DNA of 64,000 nucleotides from Chrysomallon squamiferum. Its lineage: Eukaryota > Animalia > Mollusca. Under the pieces are notes generated by a model. That model was not told where the DNA came from and did no database searches. It saw only the letters and a program-made list of their open reading frames with translations. The stretch lies in contig CM022673.1 of the NCBI GenBank assembly GCA_012295275.1, positions 26,970,001-27,034,000 of the forward strand, read 5' to 3'. This document shows, one piece after another, positions 1-14,215 of the stretch. Each line of letters opens with the position of its first letter. Positions within the stretch are counted from its first letter, which is position 1. A program made the position numbers and the translations under genes.

Positions 1-309
1 AGAGAGGCCATTGTTAACAGAATCTAAATGCGCGAAATTCGGCTTAGAAATAATACTAGATTCAGCACATCTCCTTGAACTAAATGTCCGCTAGACAATA
101 GCTTCGACAGTTCAGAGCAAAGTTCTTTAATATGCAACATCCTCCTTTACATGTGTAAACTGTTGTTTTTCTTTTAGTATCGATATTAGAAAAATTTTTT
201 AATGCATTTGCATGTAAATAGTTTATATAAATTAACTTGTCGTCATGGATACATTCTAGATCTGTTTTAAGCGCATAGAAATAACAATAAACATATATAT
301 TATTTATAG

Positions 310-374
<65 letters not shown>

Positions 375-1161
375 TCTGGTAAATTATGTTTTCAGTTTCC
401 AATTACTGTTATGTTTATGTTAAGGAAAAGTCTCTATCCCAGTCCCATTGTACAGATTACAGATTCTAGAAAACCTTCAGTTACTGAGAACATTAATTTT
501 TATTTTGCATCTTTTCATATACAGACAATTAAATACGTATCAAACGGGTTTTGGTTTAGAGGACTGTTTGTAACCGAGAAAAAGAAAAAAAAACCCCGCC
601 AGTTTCCAAATTAAGTGCTTACTGGACGTAATTTAGTAATTTTCTATTTTAAGAACCAGCGTGTAACCTAATTGAAATTAGAATTAATTCCTTCGTCATT
701 ATCACGCATTCGTACTGTTGACGACCGTCATCTCTTGTCCAAACAGTCTGACATCATCACTTAAGAGGCAAATTAAGACGTTTTCTCCATTGTTTCGCAG
801 AAAGTACTTTCCATCTGCTGTTGTGTTGCCACTTACGATGTAGGCTAGCTAAGGAAGAAGAAACTAAATAATGAATAATCTTCCATCTGACTAAACGTAA
901 TCGTTGTGTTTTCACGTGACAGTCGTCTGGCTTACCTAAACAGCGCAGTGGCTGAGTAATCTTTATCAACGGTTATATTATCGACGACACGGCTTATTAC
1001 AGTAATTAGTTTGTGATTGTCGCAGTGCATTCGTTTACGCTTGTCCACATCTGACTGTACAGGCTTGCAAAAAAAAAAAAAAACAAAAACTACGGAATAA
1101 AAGAGACATTTGCAGAAAAAAAAAAAAAAAGAAGGTTTAGAAGATATCTATAAATTGTGAA

Positions 1162-1327
1162 TCATTCAGTCCCGTGTGGCAAAACAGAAAGTATTTCACG
1201 TTTAATACATCTGTGTGTTTAGTGTTCGTCGGAGGGTAGCATCAAAGTTAACCGCGCATGCTCTGGTGACGTCACGAGACCAGGTAGCGGGACGCGTCTG
1301 TGGAGTTTGTGCTGGACTGAAAGTAAA
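1162..1327 (+). promoter_or_regulatory. Putative promoter/5' UTR of gene A with full CRE palindrome
   Basis: CpG-rich stretch directly upstream of ATG 1328; TGACGTCA at 1267-1274; Inr-like TCAGTC near 1165. The TSS itself cannot be fixed from sequence. Confidence 0.45.
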
Positions 1328-1379
1328 ATGGAGGGATATATTGTAACGGCGATCGTCTGCACTTTGTGCATAGCTACAG
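1328..1379 (+). CDS. Gene A exon 1: signal peptide of a 3-Ig-domain GPI-anchored cell-surface protein (398 aa total)
   Basis: AAAATG context; MEGYIVTAIVCTLCIAT-G hydrophobic leader; donor AG|GTAAG at 1380, phase 1. Confidence 0.85.
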
Positions 1380-3478
1380 GTAAGAAACGTCTTTTGTAGT
1401 TAATGATGAACGTACCAACGTATCTGCGTATCTTCCGATGTTTGATTTTACGTATTTTAACGAGACAATTTAGCACACCTGAAAGCCGGTTCGGACGGCG
1501 TGCTTTGAAAACGCGCCATGATTGTAGCATTCAGGTGTGCAAAATGTGTCACCAAAAGGTAAACCGGTAAAAGAAGACTTCAGCGACTGCCTTAATTTTA
1601 AGATTGTTGTTATTTCAAATAAATTATTATTATTATTAATAATGTTTTTGCATTTGCGCCAGAAAAAAAAAAAAAAATAATATTTAAATATTACATGGTA
1701 CAAATACCGAAAAACTAAAAGGCGTTAAGCTTGCAACCTGTGTGTAAATACAAAACCTGATGTATGCGTATTTATCATCTGCACATGAAATATTCTAATT
1801 TCAGTAGGTTCTTACAAAGAGTGTGCATTTAAAAAAAGTAATAATAATAAATTCAAATGCTCAGATTCGTTTTAACTATGAGTCAGGGCGGTATGACTGG
1901 ATATCAATTTGATTTGAACAAAAAAATTGTGAACCGATGTTGCTGACTCATCATCTCGTAATAAACGAAACGTTTTAATGATCATTAAAAAAATATATAT
2001 GTATAAAAATATAATAAAATAAATAAAACTGTTTTTTTAAATATTCAAAACTGCCGCCACGTTTAAAGAAGGCTTCGTATGCAAGGAGCCAGTTCAGGTT
2101 CGCGTGACTGGGAGCTGTAATTACTGTAAAGTTGCAAACGATTTTAAACTCGTAGGTTACGAAAGTAGTATTAGACTGACTGGACTAAAACGTCATTATC
2201 AAATAGTTTTGTGCAGGCATCCATACTGGCACAGTTATCCACATAGTTTTTATATATATCTTCTTGGTTATGCAAACTATTTGATAAAATTTAATACAGA
2301 AACACTTGTAAAGAGAAGAAGGATACTCTAAGATATTGATGATGTACAGTGTTATTTACCTTAATGTGAACAGTAACAAAGACAGGGATTATAAACCTGG
2401 TCTTGTTAATTAGGTTACTAGACGAAGTAAAAATAATTATGACTTCATCCAGCAGTATACTTCTCTCCCACCCCACCAAAGAGGTGGGTTTGTAATCATC
2501 AAACTAATCCCTGTTTGACTAGGATTAGTGACATCATCAAAGAGAAACATAACTTTTGTAAAAACAACAACAACAAACAACAACAACCCAACAAACAAAT
2601 TAATACATTGACAGAAATGAGACAGGATTACAAACATGTTTCCTATGAAGATGTTAATTTAATAAATATTCCCATTACAAATCAGTTTGGTTAATTTCAT
2701 AGTGGATTTGGAAGGAGTCAGCATTGTTAGGTTGAGAACTGTTGTTCCATAGCTCATGAATTGTTGATTAAAATAATGGCTCTTTTGTAGAAATCTGTTA
2801 CATATCATACTAACACATGCCCTGCATTTTTTCCCACAAATTGTATTTTCAGTTTATCACAGTTTTTGAACTGAAAAAAACAACAACATGTACTACAAAC
2901 TGATAAATCAAAGTTGAACTAAAAAATGGGCATTTAATCATTGGTAATTAAGAATTTGTTATTTGTATACTACATCATAAATATTCTCTTTGGGCTGCCC
3001 ATATAAATTAATAAATAAAAATAACTTGTTAAATATACAGATTGGCATTTTGATAGTGTATCTCTGTCTGCCTGTATTGGATGTGGATGTGGATGTCTTT
3101 GCTATTAACATTACAAATTAAGTGCAGATCACTCAGTAAAATGAGTAGTTATGTATGTTTAGAATCACTTGTCCTTCCCATTTCTTTGTTTAAACTAATT
3201 AACTAATTAACATGGATAGTGCATCCTATACACACATGCTTGAACCTTTTATGAATGTTTTCACATTTCTAAAGCAGAAAAAAACCCTGAACATCTGATT
3301 TGCCAACAGAACTAAATAATGGATTATTTTCAACAAAGAGATATTTTCATATTTAAACAGTTTTCTGTCGATAACATGTGCCCATCCTAAATCCATTCCT
3401 TGATGAATATTGATTTTATGAAAGCAGGAACATTAAGAGATATTAATAACTGACATACAGAATGAAATTAAAAAAAAC

Positions 3479-3512
<34 letters not shown>

Positions 3513-4309
3513 AATTAATCAGTAAAATAAACGATAAACTCTTTATGTTGTTTTTAATTAATGTATTCCTAAGGACTGTTATTTTGTGAAGACAACCGTA
3601 ATAAAACATCTTCTGATTTGTTTGACACAAAAAAGATGCTGCTATTCCATTTGTAATTTAAACATAAATAAATAAGAAACAAAAATAAATAAATAAATGT
3701 CAACTTTTCACCTTGCCACTAGACTCAGAATTGTAGAGATACTTGGAACCATTGCAGTAAGAGGAAGCAAGCAGGTCAGTGGGCAGGCAGTTTTCAGTTT
3801 AGAATGTTGGAAAATACAGGTTTTCACATGCAGTGTAATGTTTGATACTGTCACATTAGTAATGATAACAGCGTTGACACAGTTTTATCTGCTACAACTG
3901 ATTAAAGATCTGGGTCATTTATTTATTTATTCATTTACTCATTTTCAAAAAGGCATATCTTCTACCTTAGTGTAAGCATGGTTATTGCACATAAATGGTG
4001 TATCATAGTTTACTGGAATGCTCATAACAGAAATACAGCAGTACTGTTTTGTTTTCTCCTGAAATGAGTGTTGAACATTTTAAATTTTATATGTCATCTG
4101 ATATATGTAAGGCAGGTATAGTTTTTCATGTGCAATTGTTTTTACTGTGTTTTAACTTTTATTTTTTTTTTTTTTTTTTTTTCATTTTGATCATAATTTA
4201 ATTCAGATATCATTGTTTCAGTAGCAGTATATATATTTTTTGAGGGTACTGGTGTGTTATCAATTAATTATAAATTAATTTTTTGTTATATATATTTTTG
4301 TTTCTCCAG

Positions 4310-4579
4310 GTAATGGTCTCAAACTGACCATGAATCCTCAGGAAACACAGCACGTCCAAGTGGGAGACCAGCTCCAACTGACCTGTGTCATTGATGAGGG
4401 CGTGCAACTCATCCTGAAGAACACCATTTCTTTTGTACACAAGAACCTGATCACAAAAGAAGAAACGAAGATTAACAAGATGGAAACTAAGGTCAATGGC
4501 ATTCCGAACTTCGACTCTTACCAAATCATGGTGAAAATTCATGAGTCTTCTACAGACATGATCTTAACAATCTTGAGTG
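4310..4579 (+). CDS. Gene A exon 2: Ig domain 1, N-terminal part
   Basis: Acceptor tttgtttctccag; GNGLKLTMNPQETQHVQVGDQLQLTCVI...DMILTILS with Ig B-strand GDxxxLTC and E-strand LTI; donor G|GTATGT; phase 1-1. Confidence 0.9.
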
Positions 4580-5012
4580 GTATGTTATTAGATCTCCATT
4601 TTGCTATGTTTTGTCTTTTTAAATTACTGGGTTTTTTTCTGTTACCTTCATGGCTGATGCTGTTCATTTGGTAAAAGAACCATTGAACACAATGTTAGTT
4701 TTCATTTACAGGTATAAACCATAAAAAACAACAAAAAAAAACCACCAAACAAAACATTCATACATTTTTATACTTCCATTTGTGAAACTGGTTTACACAA
4801 CACTAGTCTTTGTTAATAATAAAGTTTGACAAGAACCACCTAACTCCCCCAAAAACTGACCAAGACATTCATGACAATAAAACAATTTTTTATTTATTTA
4901 TTATTATTATTTTTTTTTAATACATATTTCTATCTCATAAATTTGTATAAAATGTTTACACAAATTGCTAATTAATTATTTTCTTTTTTTGAACTGTTTT
5001 TTTCTTGTTCAG

Positions 5013-5117
5013 TTACTGCTGACATGGATGGGGAGTTTTTCTGTGCTGTGAGGTCGAATGCGGAAGAAATGGAGAACAAATGGACAAACACAGCTTCTGT
5101 AGAAGTGTTAGTTGTGG
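5013..5117 (+). CDS. Gene A exon 3: Ig domain 1, C-terminal part
   Basis: Acceptor tttcttgttcag; VTADMDGEFFCAVRS...TASVEVLVV contains the Ig F-strand DxGx(Y/F)xC motif; donor G|GTGAG; phase 1-1. Missed by the ORF track. Confidence 0.9.
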
Positions 5118-5928
5118 GTGAGTTACTGGACACTGGTCAGTACACTGGTCAGTAAGAAAACTTGATGTTATCTGACAATGTTACAAAACAGCAGAGAAGA
5201 CTAGTATGACTTGTACATAATGGCAACTGCAGAACAAAATAAAATAACACACACCCACTCACTCACACACACACATATACATACATACATACATTCATGA
5301 GCACATAAATATAACACATAACATCATAGTAATATAACAGCCACAACAGCATTAACAGTAGTCATAATAATAATAATAATAATAATAAGCAGAGAGATAG
5401 CTAACAGAACAACAGAGGAGAGACAGATTTGTTTCTTATGTTCTGGAGTAGTCTTGGTTGCCATTCTTGTTCTTGTGTTGTTATTTTTGTTTTCTGTGAG
5501 AAACATGCCACAGAACCAGTTCATATCATGTTTAGGTGAAAATTCACTCATCAGAGTTCTTATCCTTACCTTTAATTGGTGTGTCATTCAGTCATCATAC
5601 ATTTCCTTCCATCTGCATGTTTTTTTTTTAATTTTGAAATATATCGTAAAATCATCTCTTCACTATGCTGACATAGAATAATTCAGAAATATGAGCAATG
5701 CTCAGATTTTGAAATTCAGTTCAAATGGACATTTTGTACCCGTCCAAATTATTGTTGTGTATATTTCTAGGGTTCTTTCACCAGAAAATGATTCAGTTTA
5801 CTTCTGCTACAGATTTTAACAAGGCTGTTATAAAGCAACAAACATAAATTTTTATGAAGAAAAAAACAACAAAAAAACATGCAATCAACAAAAATAAATA
5901 AAAATAAATGTCTGTTTTTGCTTCACAG

Positions 5929-6294
5929 AGCCTCCACATGCAATAGAGATGACAATAGCAGATGAGGTGATCAACTCAGAGATGTCTCAAGGCATCAAAC
6001 TGAAGGCTGGAACGTACAGCGTGATCTGCAAAGCTGTCGGCAGCAACCCAGCTGCTTCCATGGCGCTGACCATTGGCGGCAAAGACATCCTCCTGCAAGG
6101 GACCCAGAACAGCGTTCCCGTCTCAGAGGAAAAGACTCGACGGTCGTACATCACCATGGTCGAAGGTCGGCTGGTCTTCACCCACGAACTGTTCAGCAAG
6201 GTTTTGGTCTGTCAAGCGTCTCTGGCCAGTGAAGTGAATGGCAATGCAGACCACAGTCCTATCACTGCAAGTGTCGAGCTTATTGGAATTTCAG
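5929..6294 (+). CDS. Gene A exon 4: Ig domain 2 (CD80-like C2-set type)
   Basis: Acceptor ttttgcttcacag; EPPHAIEM...VICKAVGSNPAASM...KVLVCQAS...ELIGIS (CxAxGxxPAA and LxCQA motifs); donor AG|GTACAG; phase 1-1. Confidence 0.9.
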
Positions 6295-7244
6295 GTACAG
6301 CAGACTTTTCTTCGACTAGTTGATGTTTCAGATGTTAACGCTTATTTCTGGAAGGGTGACATCAGTGTTTAATTTTATATATAGTTTTATTTATTTATTT
6401 TTTTTAAGGTATTATTATTTTTTTTTTTTTTTTGACTATCCTTTGTGGAAAAAAAAAAATGTACCTGATGCCTAATATGAGTTAATAATAATTTATGTAC
6501 AGGTTTTTATTAAAACAGATATTTATATATTGCCAGGATGTAATGTTTTTTTTTTTTATCTCCTAGAATTAAAAAACAACTGATCAGTACGAAATCTCGT
6601 GAAAATCTTGTGTCGTGCCATAAACTTAAAGGAATGTTCAGAATAGTAAATTAGAACAGAGTCATACACCAGTTCTCTTTTTGATTCAAAATCATTCCCC
6701 ATTTTCAGATAGTTGTAAAATCCATGATTTTACTGGCATGTGTTTATTATTTCCGAAATGCCAAAGAATTGTTTAGGTTTTTGTTAACTCGAAATCTGGT
6801 TGAGTAACAATACATTTCTGTTTACTGTGAGCAAAATCTATGGTTGGTTCTGTTAAAATGGTAATACATTTATTTAACTGTCCGTATTTATTTTGTATTT
6901 TATAAAATGATTCTGAATATAATTTTTCTAGTTTTCTTTTAAGAGAAAGTTGTTGTTGGTTATTTTAACAAACTATAAATTATTATAATCATATATATTG
7001 GCTTTTATAATATCTCGAAAACGTATTTATTTTTCCTTTTTAATATTATAAAAATGTGTTTATTCACAGTTTCAATAAGGACAGAATATATTTATTTCAG
7101 CTTTTTTAATATTTTGAAAATGCTTTTATTTTTTAAACAAAGTGAAAACATACTTTCCTAATTTTTATTTTATTTTATTTTTTTGCATTTTATAATATGT
7201 CAAAAATGTGTATGTTTTAAAATAGCTTGTTTGTGTTGTTTCAG

Positions 7245-7423
7245 AAAAACCTGTTGTAGAGTGCATGAACAGTTCGAGCGCAGTGGGGGACAGGTATGTG
7301 CGCATTACCTGCTACGTAGCCAAGAAACCAGAGGCGAAAAATGTAGCTTTTATAATCGGCAACAAAAACAAAGTGTTGAAACCTGGAGAACAGACCGAAG
7401 ATTTTACCGAAGTCACCAGAGTG
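7245..7423 (+). CDS. Gene A exon 5: Ig-like domain 3, N-terminal part
   Basis: Acceptor tgttgtttcag; EKPVVECMNSSSAVGDRYVRITCYVAKKPEAKNV...TEVTRV; donor GTG|GTTAGT; phase 1-0. This frame differs from the ORF track's 7183..7428 call. Confidence 0.85.
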
Positions 7424-8031
7424 GTTAGTTAAATAAATGAATAAATAAATAAATAACTGAATGAATAATTAAATGAATGAATGAATGAATGAATAAGTGA
7501 ATGAATGAATTAAGTAAATTTGCGAATATTTAGAAAGAATATTGTACAGGGCTAAAACTATTGCTAAAAATATTAGGAAACAAAAGTGAATACTACATCA
7601 GTTATTCCACATGGGTAATAATAATAATAATAATCATTAAAAGAAGAAGAATGATGAATTAATAATTTAATAAATTAAATGAAAAATTACATAAATAAAT
7701 ATAAAATGAAAAATAAGTCTAATCTGTCTCCATAAACGCAGTAAGAAACAAGTGATTGAGTGAGCAAGCAAGCGAGTGAGAGAGCAAGCAAGCGAGTGAG
7801 TGAGCAAATGAGTGAGTGCATGAGTAAATAAATAAATAAGTAAATAAATTACATTTCTCATTGTTCGTTTATACTCCATGTCTGGGTTATTTAAAGATTG
7901 TGATATGTTCTTTCCAGTTGAAGTGAAAGTACAAACATAAAATAATAATAAATAAATAAAACGGTAATAAGAAACAATGATTAGGTAGGAGTATGACATG
8001 ATCGAAATCTTTACATTTTGTTTTTATTCAG

Positions 8032-8167
8032 AGCTTCAACGACACTCACTGGGCGTACAGTCTGATAATCCACACGGCAGAGCGCGGCCATTTTCTTCAG
8101 GAATACTATTTGAGCGTCAATGCAACAGACAACAAGAGTTACCGATACCCCATTCGTCTTAACTTAA
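8032..8167 (+). CDS. Gene A exon 6: Ig-like domain 3, C-terminal part
   Basis: Acceptor tttttattcag; SFNDTHWAYSLIIHTAERGHFLQEYYLSVNATDNKSYRYPIRLNL (three N-glycosylation sequons); donor A|GTAAG; phase 0-1. Confidence 0.85.
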
Positions 8168-8781
8168 GTAAGACTTTTTCAGATTACTGATAATGTAATT
8201 AATGTGTAGTCATTTTGTTTTTGAATGTTATACAAGTTGAAGGAGAGTTGATTGAAGGGAGATAATCATAACCAGGAACATATAGAAGGTTTTTTTTTTT
8301 TTTTTTTTTTTTTGGAGGGGGGTTAAAATAGTTTCTCTCTCTCTCTTATTTCTTTGTCTAAATATATGTATAAATACACATTAATGTTGAAAATACATAG
8401 TAAGCATGAAGAATTATTTTCAAGAGTGAGTGACAAAATTCATCCAGTGGATTAAAATGCAAGACTAGTTGAATTAGTGAAGTCAATGTTTAAATATTTA
8501 ATGTAACACATAGGCATGAATCGTCTGTGGTCACAGGATCAATGCTTGTTGTTGCTGTTTTGCTGCAGTTTTCAATATCTGTGGTATCAGAACATTTTAT
8601 TTTTTTTATTTCTTATTATTTTATCAAGGTCCATGGCATGTGCTTTCCAGTCTATGGAAAAATGCTTGCTGTTATCACTGTCATTCTTAACTGTGTCTAT
8701 GAAATCACGAAATAAAATGTGTCTACCTTTTGCTATATAATAATTTTGTAAATATTTTTATTTATTTTTTTTTTTTTTCAG

Positions 8782-8870
8782 TTACCCTTGGTGCTAGTTC
8801 TGCTTTCATCAATATTCTTTTACTTACTGCAGCAAGTGTTGTAGCAATCATCGTCAACCACCTAGGTTGA
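8782..8870 (+). CDS. Gene A exon 7: C-terminal GPI-anchor-type signal
   Basis: Acceptor poly-T-cag; ITLGASSAFINILLLTAASVVAIIVNHLG then TGA at 8868-8870: small residues GASS, a hydrophobic stretch and no cytoplasmic tail. The seven exon lengths sum to 1197 nt, in frame. Confidence 0.85.
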
Positions 8871-10807
8871 GAAGTAAACATTTCAGAAAAACAAAAACTA
8901 AAAAAAAAAAACAAAAAAAAAAGACAACAAAAAATGGAGAGAGAGAAAGAGAGAATGGAATCACCACGAAATATATGTAGACCTGAAAATTGGTATGGAA
9001 GATTCTCAGAACTGTGGCTCACTGTTTGCAAGTATGTTTTGTGTTTCTGATGTTTCATTTGGAAATTCAAGGCTGTTTTAATAGGATAATTTGACTGTTG
9101 TATAAACTGAAGACTACTTTTTTTTTTCTTTTTTTTTTTGCTGAGAGTTGTTTGTTGTGAAAAATCATTTCTGTTTGTAATGGACAGCGCTTTCTCACGT
9201 AACTGTTACTAACAAATGGATTTCTGGAAAGTAGAAACTTTTTTTGGAGAAGAGGACTTAATTATTCAAGAATCTATGCATATTGAGGGCATGTTTTTAG
9301 TGCGATCCAAATGTTAATATCCACTAGATTTGAGTGTTATTAAAAAAAAGTTGTAATCATAATAAAAATTCAGAAATAAAGTTATAGATATCATTTGAAT
9401 GTGATATGTGCTGTTAAAACATTGTTGCATTGTAAAATATGTTAAAATTGTAAATTAGATTTTGTCGTCAAATGTACCTTCGGTAATATATGCAAATAAT
9501 TTAAATACATCCAGTTAACATTTTTTGTTTTGTGCTGTCTGTGCTTGTAATGTTGTCATGATGATAAGGGAGTTTTGATACAGTCCTCTTTTTCAAATAT
9601 TAAAATAAAGAAAATGAAATAAAAAATGTAAAGAAATAATAAAGAAAACTAGTGTAGTTATCGTGATGTTACTTTATTATCCTTGTAGATCATTTTACTG
9701 TTTTTCTTTGTTTTAATTTTCATGAAACATGAATGAATTTCATCTTCTCTGGATTCTCACCATCTGTTATTTTGATATCATTTATTATTAGCAAAGATTG
9801 AAAATGAAAAAAAACAAAAATGTATTCAGACTATTTATCCATGTCACAAAAAAAGCATCAGAATATACAAAACAAATTCCAGTTTTTATTTTATCGTAAT
9901 TTTGTAGTTGAAACATTAGAAAACTTATTCACTGTTCTTCAGAAATAAATTAATTTATAATTCTTCCAGAATTAGTTATAGAAATTGTTGGAGATAAACA
10001 ACACGTCTGCTAATTGTTTTTTTAAAAGTATCTTTGGAAATGTTTATTTATTCATTTAACATCAAAATATATCATGCATGGTATGCATATTTTTTTTTAA
10101 ATAAAATATAATATATATCATAATTATCAAAACATCATGTTATAAAATCTCAAAACCTATTTCCATCAGTTCAAAAGGAAAAAAAAAGGATATTATCAAA
10201 ATTAATAAAAAAAAAAAAAAAAAATCTTAGATATTAGTTGTAATTATTAGTAACTAGATTTTTCACAAGATGCACCTTAATTTAATTTAGAAATCACTGA
10301 TAACCATTTTTTTAAGCTTGTTGTATTGCAGAGTATATTTTTTTAACAGAACAAGATTTTTAAATAATGTTATTAATTTCAGATTCACTTTTTATTTTAT
10401 TCTTAAGATGAAATTTTTAAAAATATTATTTAATTCTGATTTTTATAACTATCATGTTTGATTAATCAATGTGGAACCATTTGTGCTGTTCAGTCATAAT
10501 TTTACTTCCACTTTTCTATGGTTTTTCTGAAAAGGATGCATAAATTTGTACATAGTGAGCTCCTATAATTGTTCCAGGAAATTTGGCTGTCATGTTTTCT
10601 GTCGAGAAATTAGTTTATTGTGTGGAGTCTGATAGGAATGAAAAGAATTATTTTTTTTTTAATTGTTATAAAAGAAATGGATGTACATTTTGTTAACTTA
10701 AAACAATTAGAGATCAAATTAAAACTGTTCTTTTAGTCTTGCTATTTCAAACCTGATTCATAATTGTGAATTTTATAATATGGATAAAACTGCCACTGAA
10801 ATAACGG

Positions 10808-10850
<43 letters not shown>

Positions 10851-13840
10851 TATTGTTTATATATTTTATCCATTTGCTGTGGTTATTGTCTTAACTGCAG
10901 TGTTTGACAGTTACATCTAAAACATTCCTTATCTGCTTGTTCCTTGTTTGAAACTTTGCCCATGTTTAGATCATGATAGTTTAGATATAAATTATGTCCC
11001 TTTGTTGTTGTTTTTGTTTTTTTAAATGTGAATAAAGGAAATCAGTGTATTTTGTTATTTTATTGTTCCATTTCTTAAAATAATTTTATTAATGCTGAAG
11101 AAACTAAAATATCTAAATTTGTATTTATATTTTGTGAGTTAAGCTCTTTCTTTTTCATCATTTTTTTCCATTTAAATTTGTGAAAAGAGAAACAATTATT
11201 TTCATCTTAATATTTTGGAACTTAAAATTGTTTTTGAAAAAGATCATTTGATAAATAATTTTTGAAAATTGATTTCACATTGAAACAATAAAATATTCCC
11301 ATTCTTAAAAAGAGAAGAAAACAAATTGTTTTGGGGTCCTTTTTAAAAGTAATGAACAATACATTTTAGTTACTATAGTTATATCTTGTATATAATCATT
11401 TCTGTATGATCATCATGACAGCTGTTTATCATTCACAGAATGATGTGTTTCTGAAAATTAATCCTGAATTTTTAATTAAGTTATAGCAACAAATGTAATA
11501 ATAAAATAATCTTAATTATTTTTTTTAGAAGTTTATATATTTTTATATTAACAATTCTTTCTAGGAAATGAAATTCTGTTCATTGATATTAACTTTATAT
11601 GCATTTCATGTGTCAAAATAAATAAATAAATAGCTTGATGAAATATTTATAATCAAACTTGGATATGATTTATATCCATTCATTTTTTTCATGGATTGAT
11701 TCTTTCTGTAACTATTAATTTTAAAAAAAAAGAGAAGTTTTTAACAAAATCAAAACATTGCAGCTGATCTCGTATTCCCAGCCCATTTGTTTGATTTCAG
11801 ACACGAAAACCAGAATGTCTTTTATTGTATTATACAGATTTTCTCATGCAAAGTTACTGTATATTTAACAAACTTTGTTTTTAAAATTATTATTCTATTC
11901 ATATTTTATACAATTCTGCATTCCATTTTCTGTTATAAATAGATTAAAAACCAAAATAATGTTTTTGTTGTTCCATTTCTTGCCATCTTACTGTTTGTCT
12001 GTTTTACATACATATTTTTACATAATTATATGTATGTATATGTATATGTAAACCATCATTTATACCATTCTAACCAGTTAATACGTTGTTTTCCAGTGCA
12101 GATGTTTTGACAAAATAAAGTAACAAGTAAATTTTCCAACATGAAATGTATTGTCATCGCTCTGTTTACAGTACACTTTTAACATGAAATACATTTTAAA
12201 TGTGAAAAAATGCTTACTCATTCATCTACAACCTTATGTTGGTTGGTGATAATTTTAATACTTGTATCTAATTTGAGATATTTGTCTACTAAAACCATAT
12301 TATTCAACAGAGAAGAAAGAAGATTGCTAAACAATAGGAAAAAAAAAAAGAATTTGTTTTGTTTTATATCACTGACATTCCATAAAAGAAGAGAAAAAAA
12401 ATTCTTGTTTTTATTAGTTATGTTTATTTTATTTTTTTAAATTTTTTTTTTTTTTCGTGACAGAAAGTAATAGAGAAAAAACATACTCTTTGATAGAATA
12501 TGACCAAGTCCAATGTATTTTTAAGTTAAACAAATGTAGATTCATATTTTATTTTTTTAACAAACCATTCACTTTGCCATAATACTTGTACAGCAGCCTA
12601 TGCATCTAGTATAAGCATATCAAATGCTTTGGGTAGATATTTTTTTCACTTTCTAATTGGTTTTACCGATAACATTGCCTTAAAAGAAATCTCCGCTCCC
12701 TATAAAATGTGTAGTAGTTAATGTTGATGTAGTAGTTAGTTAACCTGTGGTGATGACAACAAATGGCTGGACTATATTTTTTATATACTCATGAGTAACA
12801 GTTTTGTTTCAGATGTTCAACTTTTGCTAATTATAAAAGTACTATGAGCATATTTGAAGGCAGAAATTTTCTTTTTTCATTGCATTTCATAGACATTATT
12901 TGTGTAAAAATTCCCGAAAGACTGAGTATAAAAAAAAAACAATAAAATAAAATTTAGGAAAGAAAAAGGATTCCAGTGAGTTGTTCTTTAGAAAATAACT
13001 CGTATACTTCTTCACATGTCTGATATTTTATTGTCATAGCTAACAGCAGAAATGTTTCATCAAAATCAAATAAAACCAAGACTTGTAGATGAAGCTATCA
13101 AAATGGAGTTGAAGCCATTTGTATGTTATCCCACATGTGCTCGTTAATAGAAATTGAGTGTCTGTATCATTATAACACCGTTTTTTTTTTTTTTTTAATA
13201 CTCTATACTCTTTATTGAGTACATGTACGCATGGCTTTCTGTGAAAATAACTTCATAAAAGAAAGCTTCTTCAAACGCCTTTGTTTTATTATTATTACTG
13301 ACTGCTAAAGCTGTTGATTCAAATGAAGTGTTTATTTTGTTACCTGTTAAAGCTTTTGATCTTGTATTTTTAGCCATATTTATGCTTTCATTTGTATACA
13401 GTTATATGTTAGTTTGTGTGTGTGCATGAACAACTCTATATTTGTGTTTATGCTGAAATATCCAAAACCAGAATTTTAAACAGATTGGGGGAATATATCT
13501 TCTAGGCAGATCTAATTATTATTTTAAAAAAAAACAACTAATAAATATAATTAAAACTTTCATTAGCATTTTGTTATTTAAGATTAAATTATACGAGATT
13601 TTGTAAGAATTTTTGTTGGTACAGTAGAATAGTTTTATATGTTACTATGTCATAGGTGTTTTTGTGAAATAAATATTGAACTAATGATAATGTCAAAATA
13701 TGTTCAGTTTGTGCTTGTACATCAAATATCATTCTGCATTGCTGTTTAAAGATGTTTGTGGTTCAATGTTCTGTTGATTTTTTTTAATGGTTTTACAAAT
13801 GTAATGTAACAATAAAATATAAACAGTTTGTTTTATTTTT
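8871..13840 (+). other. Probable long 3' UTR of gene A
   Basis: Uninterrupted T-rich, CpG-poor sequence nearly free of dinucleotide microsatellites; AATAAA at 13811 followed by T/GT-rich tracts, after which microsatellites resume. Many earlier AATAAA hexamers exist, so the end is uncertain. Confidence 0.4.
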
Positions 13841-14176
13841 ATTTTTTATTTTTTTTATCGTTGTCTGTTTATTAATATTTTTGTTCCAGAAATGGTATAT
13901 CATTTTATGAGTCACAACCAGTAATTAGCCTCTGGGTAAAACAAAACTTTATTGGAGTTGATATTTATATATAATCTACAGAGCACACAGACAAACACAC
14001 ACACACACACACACACATATGCACACATATGTAATAGCCCTGATGCTTAAGTTTCATTAGATTCATAACAGATCTGTCCCTGTAAAGACACACACACATA
14101 AACACAGACACAAAATACACACCTATATATATATATATATATATATATGCATACAGCTCTAAATATATATGTATAT

Positions 14177-14215
<39 letters not shown>

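Noticed and set aside
7183-7428. ORF-track protein MHFIICQK...
   Set aside because: Wrong frame; the real coding sequence is gene A exon 5 (7245-7423) in another frame.
1328-8870. Naming gene A as lachesin/amalgam/IgLON
   Set aside because: The architecture fits, but family-diagnostic residues are absent; no symbol can be supported without a search.
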